Below are positions 17,654 to 26,714 of a stretch of 64,000 nt of DNA, in pieces. The notes below the pieces were generated by a model. The model saw only the letters and a program-made list of their open reading frames with translations. It searched no databases and had not been told where the DNA came from. The stretch is from an uncultured Pseudomonadota bacterium (lineage in GTDB: Bacteria > Pseudomonadota > Alphaproteobacteria > Rs-D84). The DNA is taken from the NCBI GenBank assembly GCA_937885575.1, contig CALABO010000014.1, positions 84,726 to 148,725 of the forward strand, written 5' to 3'. The position numbers were made by a program, and so were the translations under genes. Numbering within the stretch: the first letter of the stretch is position 1; every line of letters begins with the position of its first letter.

Positions 17654-18040
17654 ATGTATGATTCAAATAATGTCTTTGCAAAAATAATTCGTGGCGAAAT
17701 ACCGTCGAAAAAGGTTGTCGAAAACGAATATGCGATGTCTTTTTATGATGTGAACCCGATGTGTGAAAAGCATGTGTTGGTCGTGCCAAAGGGCGAATAT
17801 GAAAATATCCTTGATTTTGCGCGGCGTGCACCCGCGGTGGAACAGGCGGGATTTTGGGATTGCTTTGTCAAAACCGCGGACGCGATTGGCGTGGACAGCC
17901 AATTTAATGTCTTTGCAAATGCGGGATTGGATGCGCCGCTCTTTAACCAAAGCGTGTTTCATTTTCATTTGCATTTGCTTGCGGGTGAAAAAACAGATGC
18001 GTGTTTGGATATTATGAAGTGTATGTTATGCAAAAAGTAA
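17654..18040 (+). CDS. HIT (histidine triad) family nucleotide hydrolase
   Basis: 128 aa with IFAKIIRGEIPSKKV and the histidine triad HFHLHLL. Confidence 0.9.
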   Translation: MYDSNNVFAKIIRGEIPSKKVVENEYAMSFYDVNPMCEKHVLVVPKGEYENILDFARRAPAVEQAGFWDCFVKTADAIGVDSQFNVFANAGLDAPLFNQSVFHFHLHLLAGEKTDACLDIMKCMLCKK

Positions 18041-18258
18041 AACTGCGTGTGATTCCGCGTGCGCGACAAAATAAAATTACCACCGATGCGGATGGGACAC
18101 TGCGTGTGCATATAACCGCCGCACCGGTTGATGGCGCGGCGAATGACGCGGTTATTCGCGCACTGGCCGATTTTTTTGATGTGCCGAAATCACAAATTAA
18201 AATTGTTCGTGGCCCCACATCGCGGGACAAGGTGGTGGAAATTTCTAATAAGTATTGA
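18028..18258 (+). CDS. yggU: DUF167 (YggU) family protein
   Basis: LRVIPRARQNKI....LRVHITAAPVDGAANDAVIRALADFFDVPKSQIKIVRGPTSRDKVVEI matches the YggU pattern. The start overlaps the end of the HIT gene by 13 nt. Confidence 0.8.
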   Translation: MQKVKLRVIPRARQNKITTDADGTLRVHITAAPVDGAANDAVIRALADFFDVPKSQIKIVRGPTSRDKVVEISNKY

Positions 18259-18327
18259 CTTTTATATTGTTTTGTGTACAGTGTTTATGATAATGAATAG
18301 TTTGTAACAAAAAAAGAGGTTGTAATT

Positions 18328-19380
18328 ATGCCGTTTGCTCCACAGCGCCAGAATCCCGTGACAGAAGCAATATATGCCAAGATAAAAGAAGAGGGCTATA
18401 CATCCAGACCTGCACCCATTTTTTTAGAAGCTCCATCAATTCGTAATGCGTTTGCCGAAAATGAGGAACTATATAAAAGATATAGATTTTATCAACTGTA
18501 TGTAGAATATTTACAGCAGAGTGCAAAAGACATTAGACCACAAAAAATGCAATCGTCTGATTTATTCGTTTTGGATGGGGCGGATCGAATCCGTTACCTT
18601 GCCAATGTTGAAGAAATGCTGTCAAAATTGTTAAATGGTAAGTGTGAAGATGATTTTAGCAGTAAAAAAGCATTTGTTGAACTTGATACATTTTTGGTTA
18701 TGGTTTTTCTGTCATTCTTTTTTGGGGTTTCCAAATATTTGACGGTTTTGCAATCTAGAAAGGAATTTACAGAAAAACAGAAGGTTGCCATAAGCACACT
18801 TTGTAAGGATGCAAATTATATGAAGGCATGGTCTGGTTGTGTTTTGAAAGCGTTATCAGAGGCGAATAAAGATAATTATGAACAAGTATACCATAATAAG
18901 ATTGAGTGTCCCATAGCCCAGATGTTTAGCAGTCGAGATACTACGTTGCATAAATATGCATATGATGAAAACGGTGCGTTGCGTACAGTGTTAAATCGTA
19001 ACGGGTTGACCGGGAAAAATTTTGATGATTTCTGGTCTTGGACTGGTTGGGACAAGAGGAATTTTATTTATAATTGGGCATGGCAGTTAGACCGTGTTAG
19101 TACCCTTGATAATGATACCTTGTCACGTATTGAGGATAATTATTACGATGCTGATATAATCATACCACTTGTTAAAGATATGTATGCTTTAGGGGGGGAT
19201 TATGTGTGTTGGCCGTTGGTAAATACGTATTATAAATTAACTGGTAAGATAACACAAAATCGTTTGAATCGTGAAGGGAACACATTAAAAGAACATGAAG
19301 CCAGTATAGAAAAGACTTGTCAAAATGCCTTGGTTTGGGCGCGAAAAGTAGCCAAACAAATGCCGGAAGAATCAAAATAA
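18328..19380 (+). CDS. hypothetical protein (350 aa), AT-rich orphan
   Basis: Long ORF behind AAAGAGG. Trp-rich segment FDDFWSWTGWDKRNFIYNWAWQLD. Uses AGA/AGG Arg codons, unlike its neighbours. No signal peptide and no recognised domain. Confidence 0.6.
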   Translation: MPFAPQRQNPVTEAIYAKIKEEGYTSRPAPIFLEAPSIRNAFAENEELYKRYRFYQLYVEYLQQSAKDIRPQKMQSSDLFVLDGADRIRYLANVEEMLSKLLNGKCEDDFSSKKAFVELDTFLVMVFLSFFFGVSKYLTVLQSRKEFTEKQKVAISTLCKDANYMKAWSGCVLKALSEANKDNYEQVYHNKIECPIAQMFSSRDTTLHKYAYDENGALRTVLNRNGLTGKNFDDFWSWTGWDKRNFIYNWAWQLDRVSTLDNDTLSRIEDNYYDADIIIPLVKDMYALGGDYVCWPLVNTYYKLTGKITQNRLNREGNTLKEHEASIEKTCQNALVWARKVAKQMPEESK

Positions 19381-19399
19381 CAAATCGGATTAAATTGCC

Positions 19400-19957
19400 T
19401 TAGTCCCGATATTTCAAAACCGCGTCCATAAGTTCGTTTGGTGTGCCACAGATATTGACCTTGTAATCGTCCAATGTTTCAATAAATTTATTGTTTAACA
19501 TATCGACAATCAAATTATGGAACGATGCCCAAAATCGGCAAGTATTCAAAAAGAATATCGGTTTGCATGTTTCGCCAATTTGTTGCATGGTTAAAATATC
19601 CGTAACTTCGTTCAATGTTCCAATGCCGCCGGGCAGTATGATAAATGCATCGGCCAATTCAAACATTTTTTGTTTTCGTTCGTTCACGCCACCGACAATT
19701 TCGACCTTTATGTGTTTATGGACAGGTTCTTGGAGTGCGATAACATGTTCGGTTGAAATGCCGGTCACGTGCGCGCCGTTTTTAAGTGCGGCACTGGCCA
19801 CCGTGCCCATCAATCCGACATTTCCGCCACCAAATACCATGTTAAGGCCATTTTTTGCAATAAGTTCACCCACCAAATCGGCGTCGTGCATAAATTCAGG
19901 GTATAATCCAAATGTATGACTGCAATAAACCGCAACAGTTTTGATTTTATGTTTCAT
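19400..19957 (-). CDS. LOG family protein (TIGR00730 / cytokinin riboside 5'-monophosphate phosphoribohydrolase-like)
   Basis: VAVYCSH, MVFGGGNVGLMG and the PGGIGTLNEV motif. I chose the start MKHKIK at 19957 behind AAAGGAAAAA. Confidence 0.85.
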   Translation of the reverse strand: MKHKIKTVAVYCSHTFGLYPEFMHDADLVGELIAKNGLNMVFGGGNVGLMGTVASAALKNGAHVTGISTEHVIALQEPVHKHIKVEIVGGVNERKQKMFELADAFIILPGGIGTLNEVTDILTMQQIGETCKPIFFLNTCRFWASFHNLIVDMLNNKFIETLDDYKVNICGTPNELMDAVLKYRD

Positions 19958-20006
19958 ATCTTTTTTTCCTTTATTTTTCGGGATTATAGCATAGAATATA
20001 ACGGTT

Positions 20007-20993
20007 ATGAACAAAAATTTTGTAAATTTTATGAGAAAATATGCCGGCCATAAAATCGCCGTCGCCGTTAGTGGTGGGGTCGATTCGGTTGCGTTGCTGT
20101 ATTGGATGGCGGAAACCGCACGTGGGGATATTGTGTGTTTGCACGTGAATCACGGCCTGCGTGCCGCCGCGGAAACCGAAACGCAATATGTGCAGGATTT
20201 GTGTCGGAAACTAAATGTTCCGTGTCATATTTTCTATTGGGACGGCGAAAAGCCGGAAACCGGAATCGAAGATGCCGCGCGCCTTGCGCGGTATAAAATG
20301 ATGACGGATTTTTGCCACGAAAACGGAATTGAATTTATCGCCACCGCGCACCAGGCGGACGACCAAATCGAAACTTTTTTGATGAACCTTGGGCGGGGCA
20401 GTGGGGTTTATGGCCTGGCGGCGATGCGGGGCGAAGGTTTAATGAACGGAATTAAAATTATTCGGCCACTGCTCTGGGTGTTTCGGCGGGAATTGCGTGA
20501 GTATTGTGATTCGCGCGGAATTAAATATTTTTCCGATGAAATGAACGATGACCCGCACTATACACGCGTTCGTATTCGGCAAAACCGGCATTTGTTGTCT
20601 GAAAAACTTGGCATTTCTGATGAGCGTATTTTAAAGGCAATTCAAAACTTGGGGCGCGTGCGGGGCGAACGCGAATTAAACCTTGGGGCTTTGGTGCGGC
20701 GTGTGGTGCGTGGAAATCGCGCGATGTTTGATGAAACTTTTCTATTTGACCTGGGCGATGATATTAGGTTAAAGTTTATCGGAACAATTATTCGCCGAAT
20801 TGGGGGGGACAGGTATTTACCACGGTTGGATTCGTTGCTGCGTGCCACGGAAATGTTGCGTGCGGATTGTAAATTCACACTGGGGCATTGTACGGTGCGA
20901 CGGTTGCGCGGTCAAATCTTGGTCGTTCCCGAAGGCGAAAAAACAAGCTTTAGGAAAAAACATGGAAAAAAATATATTCAAAAATTCAAATAG
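20007..20993 (+). CDS. tilS: tRNA(Ile)-lysidine synthase
   Basis: PP-loop VAVSGGVDS, HVNHGLR and ATAHQADDQIETFLMNLGRG. Confidence 0.9.
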   Translation: MNKNFVNFMRKYAGHKIAVAVSGGVDSVALLYWMAETARGDIVCLHVNHGLRAAAETETQYVQDLCRKLNVPCHIFYWDGEKPETGIEDAARLARYKMMTDFCHENGIEFIATAHQADDQIETFLMNLGRGSGVYGLAAMRGEGLMNGIKIIRPLLWVFRRELREYCDSRGIKYFSDEMNDDPHYTRVRIRQNRHLLSEKLGISDERILKAIQNLGRVRGERELNLGALVRRVVRGNRAMFDETFLFDLGDDIRLKFIGTIIRRIGGDRYLPRLDSLLRATEMLRADCKFTLGHCTVRRLRGQILVVPEGEKTSFRKKHGKKYIQKFK

Positions 20994-22842
20994 GTCCCGC
21001 TTTGGCATATCGTCAATTTTCTTTGGTATTTTTGTCGCGCTGTTCTTGGCGGTGGTTGTAAATTCGTTTATGTCAGGGGAAAATAATCAAGGCGGTGTCG
21101 TGCGGGCCGAACCGGTGGAGTTATCTTTTTCCGATGTTCTGCGGCGCGCGGGCGAAATTCAAACGATGAAGATTCGTGGCGATACGGCGACTGGGAAACT
21201 TTCCGATGGTACCGAATATCGCGCGACGGTCGCGTATAGTCCCGAAATGCTTGAAAAATTCGCGGATCGTGGCACGGCGGTTTCGATTGACACGTCCAAG
21301 GGTTGGGTGGACTATCTTGGGGTATGGGTGCCGATTATTATGGGCGTGCTGTTTATATGGTGGTTGTTCCGCGGTATGCGTGGCGGTGCGGGGGGATTGG
21401 GGCGCGCGCTTGTCGGGCAAAATCCGACCAAGGTTGTGACCGGCAAGCCAAAAACAACCTTTAAGGATGTCGCCGGAATCGATTCGGAAAAACAAGAATT
21501 GGCGGAGGTTGTAGATTTCCTGCGCGATAAATCAAAGTTCGCGGCCGTTGGTGCGCGCGTGCCGCGTGGCGTGTTGCTTTCGGGCGAACCGGGAACAGGA
21601 AAAACGTTGCTTGCGCGGGCGATTGCGGGCGAAGCGAATGTTCCGTTCTTTGCCACATCGGGCAGTGATTTTTCCGGAATCATCGTCGGGCTTGGGGTTG
21701 CGAAGATTAAAGATATTTTTGAAATGGCAAAGCGGAATGCGCCGTGTTTGCTGTTTATTGATGAAATCGATGCGATAGGTCAACGGCGCAGTCAAAATTC
21801 GTTCAATGACCAAGACCGCGAACAGACGTTGAATCAATTACTGATTGAGATGGACGGGTTTTCAAATGAAACCGGAATTATTGTGATTGGCGCGACGAAT
21901 CGACCGGATATGTTGGACCCTGCGCTGTTGCGGCCGGGTCGGTTTGATCGCCAGGTGCATATTGATTTGCCGGATATGGCGGGACGCGAAGAAATTTTGA
22001 AACTGCATGCGAAAAAAATCAAAATGCACGAAGGCGTTGACCTTGGGAAACTTGCGCGCGGGACAACCGGGTTTTCGGGCGCGGACCTTGAAAATTTGTT
22101 GAACGAGGCCGCATTGCACGCCGTACGTTCGGGGCGCAAACTGGTCGCGGATGAAGATATAGAAGAAGCGCGCGATAAATCATTGATGGGGCCGCGTAAA
22201 ATTCGCAAGATGCGTCCCGAAGATATCAAACTGACCGCGTATCACGAGGCCGGACATGCATTCGCCAGTACCGCGTTCGCCGGCATCGCAGACCCGATAC
22301 ACAAGGCGACGATTATTCCGCGCGGGCGGGCACTGGGGATGGTGCAACATTTGCCGATTGATGACAAAGTGTCCATGAGTTTGGCCGAAGTTAGGGCGAA
22401 TTTGGTAATCGACCTTGCCGGGCGGGCGGCCGAAGAAATTTTCTTTGGTGCGGATAAAATCACGACCGGGGCGGAATCGGATATCGCGGCGGCGACGGCA
22501 TTGGCGCGGCGTTCGATAACTATGTCGGGACTTTCCAGTAAAATCGGTATGGTTTCCGTGAACCAGGCGCAAACGTTCGGTGCACGCGTTCCGCTGGAGG
22601 CCGCGTCTGAAAAAACCGCCGAAATGGTTGATGCGGAAATACGCGCGTGGACCGATGCGGCGTATAAAGACGCAGTTAAAATATTGACCAAAAATAAAGC
22701 GACCGTTGAAAAATTGGCCAATGAATTGTTGACCCGTGAAACACTGACCGGGGACGAAATTATGGAAATTGTTTCGGGGAAAAAGGCGACCGCAAAAAAA
22801 GTTGTGGCAAAGTCAAAAAAGGCGCGCGTTGCAAAAAAATAA
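20962..22842 (+). CDS. ftsH: ATP-dependent zinc metalloprotease FtsH
   Basis: Walker A GEPGTGKT, Walker B LLFIDEIDA, SRH GATNRPDMLDPALLRPGRFD and zinc site HEAGHA. The start MEKNIF at 20962 overlaps the tilS end by 32 nt. The track start at 20800 is a spurious extension. Confidence 0.95.
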   Translation: MEKNIFKNSNRSRFGISSIFFGIFVALFLAVVVNSFMSGENNQGGVVRAEPVELSFSDVLRRAGEIQTMKIRGDTATGKLSDGTEYRATVAYSPEMLEKFADRGTAVSIDTSKGWVDYLGVWVPIIMGVLFIWWLFRGMRGGAGGLGRALVGQNPTKVVTGKPKTTFKDVAGIDSEKQELAEVVDFLRDKSKFAAVGARVPRGVLLSGEPGTGKTLLARAIAGEANVPFFATSGSDFSGIIVGLGVAKIKDIFEMAKRNAPCLLFIDEIDAIGQRRSQNSFNDQDREQTLNQLLIEMDGFSNETGIIVIGATNRPDMLDPALLRPGRFDRQVHIDLPDMAGREEILKLHAKKIKMHEGVDLGKLARGTTGFSGADLENLLNEAALHAVRSGRKLVADEDIEEARDKSLMGPRKIRKMRPEDIKLTAYHEAGHAFASTAFAGIADPIHKATIIPRGRALGMVQHLPIDDKVSMSLAEVRANLVIDLAGRAAEEIFFGADKITTGAESDIAAATALARRSITMSGLSSKIGMVSVNQAQTFGARVPLEAASEKTAEMVDAEIRAWTDAAYKDAVKILTKNKATVEKLANELLTRETLTGDEIMEIVSGKKATAKKVVAKSKKARVAKK

Positions 22843-22858
22843 ATTTGAAGTTTTGCAG

Positions 22859-23467
22859 ATGGAACCCAAATTTACCAATTCTGTGTTGGTGACATCGGGC
22901 GCGGATGCGGTAATCTTTGATGCGTGGGGGCGGGGCGATGCGTGGGAAAAGTTGTTGGATACGCGAAAATTAAACCTGCGCGCGATTTACGCAACCCATG
23001 GACACAGCGACCATATTAGTGCCGCGCCGGAACTTGCCAAAATTTATAATGTGCCGTGGTTTTTGAATTCGGCGGATGTTCCGTTGATTTTGTGGGGGAA
23101 CCAGATTTTGGATTTTTGGGAATTGCCACGGATTCCGGATGATTTTGTAAAACCAAATGATTTGCGTGCCGGGAAAACGAAAATCCTTGGTGATATAGAT
23201 ATGGAAATAATCGCGGCGCCGGGGCATTCGGCGGGCGGTGTTATGTTTTACTTTCCGGAATATAAAATTTTACTAAGTGGTGATACGATTTTTCGCGATG
23301 GGGTTGGGCGAACCGATTTGCCCGGTGGCAACGCTGATGAATTACAAAAAACGATTTCCGAACTTGTTGCGCACAATTTGCCCGACGATACATATGTTGT
23401 CCACGGCCACGGCACGGATTCCATGATGCGTGATATCAAGGCGCGGTTTTCCCATCGTGGTTTATAG
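22859..23467 (+). CDS. MBL-fold metallo-hydrolase (glyoxalase II-like)
   Basis: THGHSDH (HxHxDH), APGHSAGG, and GDTIFRDGVGRTDLPGG. Start at the internal ATG 22859. Confidence 0.85.
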   Translation: MEPKFTNSVLVTSGADAVIFDAWGRGDAWEKLLDTRKLNLRAIYATHGHSDHISAAPELAKIYNVPWFLNSADVPLILWGNQILDFWELPRIPDDFVKPNDLRAGKTKILGDIDMEIIAAPGHSAGGVMFYFPEYKILLSGDTIFRDGVGRTDLPGGNADELQKTISELVAHNLPDDTYVVHGHGTDSMMRDIKARFSHRGL

Positions 23468-23594
23468 AGTGTGACGGCTCTCTGGAAAAATTTTTTCATC
23501 ATCGAATTTATAACATTTGCGTTATGATAAAATTTGACATCGTTATAAATTGTGCTATCCTTGCTGGCGGTAATTGTAGCAAAAGGATAAAAAA

Positions 23595-24395
23595 ATGAAT
23601 CAAACCGTGGATGAAAAAATACTTGAACAAATTCGGCCGATTATTGCTAAGAAATTGAGGTTTGATCCGGAGGAAGTGACGATGGAGGCGGTTTTACAAT
23701 ATGATTTGGGCGCGGATTCATTGGATATAATAGAAATTTTTATGGGCGCAGAAGAAAAATTTGATTGTAAAATCCCCGATAAGGAACTAGAGGAAATTCG
23801 TACAATCGGTGATTTGATAAGTGTCGTAAAAGAAACAAGCAGATTGGAGTGGATACGCAATGGCCAGGTACAGTCGACCGCAACGGTTGCGAAACCGGCC
23901 GCAGAACCGGAACAAAAACCGGCCGTTTTGAATAGTGGAAAATTTGTGATGGTTCAAAACTTTACTTATGACCCCAATACCCCGGATTACTCGGGTCGGG
24001 CGACACAAATAAATGTGGGGGTGATGTCTGAAGAAGTTCGGAAAAATTTTATTGAATGTATTCGTAATTGCAAACCCATAGATGGAAATGAATTCCATTG
24101 TGGGTTCGATGTCTATTGTGATGACAAGACGGGATTCGAAGTAAGACCAAATCGTAAACAACCGGCGGTGGATTGGAATGTGTCGGATTGCCTTAATCGT
24201 GCTGGCAAAAATGAAATGGTTATTGAAATGCAACCAGGAAAATTGAAAGAAACCGATTGTCCTGTGTCGCGCAGCCACGATTGTCCGTTGTGCATTGCAT
24301 CGGGGAAATGTTCATCACCATTTATACGAAAATATATCGGTAAAGTTTTCTTTCCCAACCAATATGGAAAACAAAATGGTGGAAAACAAAGATAA
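23595..24395 (+). CDS. acyl carrier protein domain fused to an unknown Cys-containing C-terminal domain (266 aa)
   Basis: The N-terminal 80 aa look like ACP, with the phosphopantetheine-site motif LGADSLDIIEI. The C-terminal ~180 aa have no recognised family and contain the cluster C-x7-C-x2-C-x5-C (CPVSRSHDCPLCIASGKC). Confidence 0.7.
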   Translation: MNQTVDEKILEQIRPIIAKKLRFDPEEVTMEAVLQYDLGADSLDIIEIFMGAEEKFDCKIPDKELEEIRTIGDLISVVKETSRLEWIRNGQVQSTATVAKPAAEPEQKPAVLNSGKFVMVQNFTYDPNTPDYSGRATQINVGVMSEEVRKNFIECIRNCKPIDGNEFHCGFDVYCDDKTGFEVRPNRKQPAVDWNVSDCLNRAGKNEMVIEMQPGKLKETDCPVSRSHDCPLCIASGKCSSPFIRKYIGKVFFPNQYGKQNGGKQR

Positions 24396-24398
24396 AAT

Positions 24399-24428
24399 TA
24401 AAAAAACCGAAGCAATTCGGTTTTTTTT
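24399..24428. terminator. bidirectional hairpin terminator
   Basis: A-run, stem CCGAA / TTCGG with loop GCAA, then a T8 run. Confidence 0.6.
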
Positions 24429-24446
24429 GTTAAAACACAAAAACCA

Positions 24447-24623
24447 ACACGCGTGTGATGCCGCAATTCCCCTTCTTTTCAAGAAGGGGCGAAGTCGCGC
24501 CGTAGCCTTTGGCGCAGGCGGATGGCACACGAAGTGTGACGGGGTGGTTTTGGACGTATAGTGCTAATTTATCCATACCCCACCGGCTTTCGCCGGTCCC
24601 CCCCCCTTTCCCATGGAAAGGGG
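24447..24623. repeat. cluster of short GC-rich palindromic hairpins (CCCCT..AGGGG type and others)
   Basis: ACACGCGTGT (24447-24456). CCCCTTCTT-TTC-AAGAAGGGG (24469-24489). CACAC-GAA-GTGTG. ACCGGC-TTTC-GCCGGT. CCCCTTTCC-CAT-GGAAAGGGG (24603-24623). Confidence 0.7.
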
Positions 24624-24624
24624 A

Positions 24625-25389
24625 TTACCCCCCAAACACCAAAACCCGCGTGATGCCGGACAAATCTTTTTCGGCGCGAACGAATTCCCAGCCCGCGGAT
24701 TCAAAAATTTTCCGAACCGATACTTCCGCACCTGCGCCGATTTCGATATATAATTTTCCGCTTTCCGCAATCCAGTTTTTTGCATTTTTTGCAATTTGTT
24801 CGTATGCCGCCATGCCGCGGTTTTTCGCATAAAGTGCAATGCGTGGGTCGTGCGTTGCACCCGCGTCCACGCGCGGGTCGCCAATTTCGATATACGGCGG
24901 GTTTGAAACAATTATATCAAATTTTTCGCGCGTCATTTTGTGGTTTGCAAATGAACCGTGCTTTATTTTAATTTTGTCGCGCAGGTTTAGGTTTTTTATG
25001 TTCCGGCGTGCCACACGCAGTGCGCCACGTGATATATCGACCGCCATGCCGGTTGCAGAATCGATATTTTTAACCAGTGCGGCAATTATGCAACCCGTGC
25101 CCGTTCCCAAATCTAAAATTCTTGGGGCGCGCCACCCGTCCGATAAAACAGATTCAACCAATGTTTCGGTGTCGGGGCGTGGGTCCAGTGTTTTGCGGTT
25201 CGTATAAAATTCCAAACCATAGAACCATTTTTTATGTATGATTTTTGCGACAGGCATGCCGCTACGCAACCGGTGCGCGATTATATGCGCGCGAAACCAC
25301 GAAATTTTTGGCATGTTGTCCGTGATAATTCGGGCCGCGCGAATGCCGCCGGCATCTTTCAAAAGTTCAAAGGCTTGATTTATTGTCAT
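24625..25389 (-). CDS. prmC: peptide chain release factor N(5)-glutamine methyltransferase (HemK/PrmC)
   Basis: PRPDTETLVE, ILDLGTGTGCI and the NPPY catalytic motif (IVSNPPYI). Start MTINQAF at 25389. Confidence 0.88.
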   Translation of the reverse strand: MTINQAFELLKDAGGIRAARIITDNMPKISWFRAHIIAHRLRSGMPVAKIIHKKWFYGLEFYTNRKTLDPRPDTETLVESVLSDGWRAPRILDLGTGTGCIIAALVKNIDSATGMAVDISRGALRVARRNIKNLNLRDKIKIKHGSFANHKMTREKFDIIVSNPPYIEIGDPRVDAGATHDPRIALYAKNRGMAAYEQIAKNAKNWIAESGKLYIEIGAGAEVSVRKIFESAGWEFVRAEKDLSGITRVLVFGG

Positions 25390-25401
25390 AAAACTATTAT
25401 A

Positions 25402-26712
25402 ATGGACGCCATGGAAAAAGCAAAAAATATTATAACTTCTAAGAAATTTGTTCACGCGGTTTTATGGGTCGCCGGAATTGTTGCCGTGATGGCGATTGTC
25501 GTTGTTTTGTGGTCGGTTTTGCGCGGGCGGACGGTGGACGATGTTCCGGGAACGGCGGACTTTGTGACGGAAACGATTGCGCCGGTGGATAATAAAACGA
25601 CGGTCATAAATGTTGTCGCGGGCGATACACTTTCAAAGATTTTGTCGGCAAATGGTGTCGGGGGCAAGGATATAAATTCTATCGCCGGTGTTTTAAAGGC
25701 CAAAGCGGGCATAACGGGACTTCGCGCGGACAAGGATAAAATTGAAATCGTGCGTGACGGTGGGCCCGATACGCCGATAACAAAAATTGTTGTGTTGCCG
25801 GGGCCGTGGCGACGTGTGGAATTGACCTGTGACGATGCGGGTGTGTGGAATTGCAATGCGATTGATATTGAACGCGATACGCGCCTGGTCTATCGCCAGG
25901 GGGAAATTTTGGACGGCGATAGTTTTTACCTTGCCGGGATGCGGGCGAATATTCCGGCGGGAATTTTGGCGGACGTTTATGATTTGCTGGCCTTTGAAAT
26001 GGACTTTGAACGCGATGTGCGCGCGGGGCAAAAGTTTTCCGTGTTGTATGAAGAAAACTATCATGACAATGTGCATGTTGATAATGGCGCTGTGTCGGTT
26101 GTGTCCTTTGATGCGCTGCGCGGGAATGTGAAAATGTATCGGTTCAAAAAGGCCGATAAAACGGTCGGATACTATGACCCAAATGGGAACGGCGCGATTA
26201 AATCACTGAAACGCACGCCGATAAATAATGCGAAAGTGACAAGCAGTTTTTCAACGCGGCGTAAGCATCCCGTGTTGGGATTTACGCGTGCGCACAAGGG
26301 TGTCGATTTTCGTGCACCGACCGGAACGCCGATTCCCGCCGCCGGTGCGGGGCGTGTCGTTGCACGTGGATATAATCGCGGGCATGGAAACTTTGTGCGG
26401 ATTCGTCATAATGGTTCGTTTGAAACGCTCTATGCACACATGTCAAAATTTGCAAAAAATGTAAAGGTTGGCACCACGGTAAAGCAGGGTCAGATTATCG
26501 GATATTCTGGTTCAACCGGGCTTTCGACGGGGCCGCATTTGCACTATGAAATTATCAAGGACGGCAAGCATGTAAACCCGATGACCGTGAAATTGCCGGC
26601 GATAAATAATTTAGATGCGGAAAATAAAAAGAAATTCTTGGAATATCGCGAAACATTGGACAAGGCCATCGAAGATTTGGAAAATAATCCAAAAGGGTTT
26701 ATTCAGTTATAG
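25402..26712 (+). CDS. membrane-anchored M23 family metallopeptidase
   Basis: N-terminal TM VLWVAGIVAVMAIVVVLW. Intact catalytic motifs HKGVD (HxxxD) and GPHLHYE (HxH). Confidence 0.9.
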   Translation: MDAMEKAKNIITSKKFVHAVLWVAGIVAVMAIVVVLWSVLRGRTVDDVPGTADFVTETIAPVDNKTTVINVVAGDTLSKILSANGVGGKDINSIAGVLKAKAGITGLRADKDKIEIVRDGGPDTPITKIVVLPGPWRRVELTCDDAGVWNCNAIDIERDTRLVYRQGEILDGDSFYLAGMRANIPAGILADVYDLLAFEMDFERDVRAGQKFSVLYEENYHDNVHVDNGAVSVVSFDALRGNVKMYRFKKADKTVGYYDPNGNGAIKSLKRTPINNAKVTSSFSTRRKHPVLGFTRAHKGVDFRAPTGTPIPAAGAGRVVARGYNRGHGNFVRIRHNGSFETLYAHMSKFAKNVKVGTTVKQGQIIGYSGSTGLSTGPHLHYEIIKDGKHVNPMTVKLPAINNLDAENKKKFLEYRETLDKAIEDLENNPKGFIQL

Positions 26713-26714
26713 TT

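Noticed and set aside
23504-23551. A 10-bp inverted repeat AATTTATAAC / GTTATAAATT upstream of the ACP-fusion gene as an operator.
   Set aside because: The pair is perfect but lies in a very AT-rich promoter region. Without a cognate regulator or further copies it may be coincidental.
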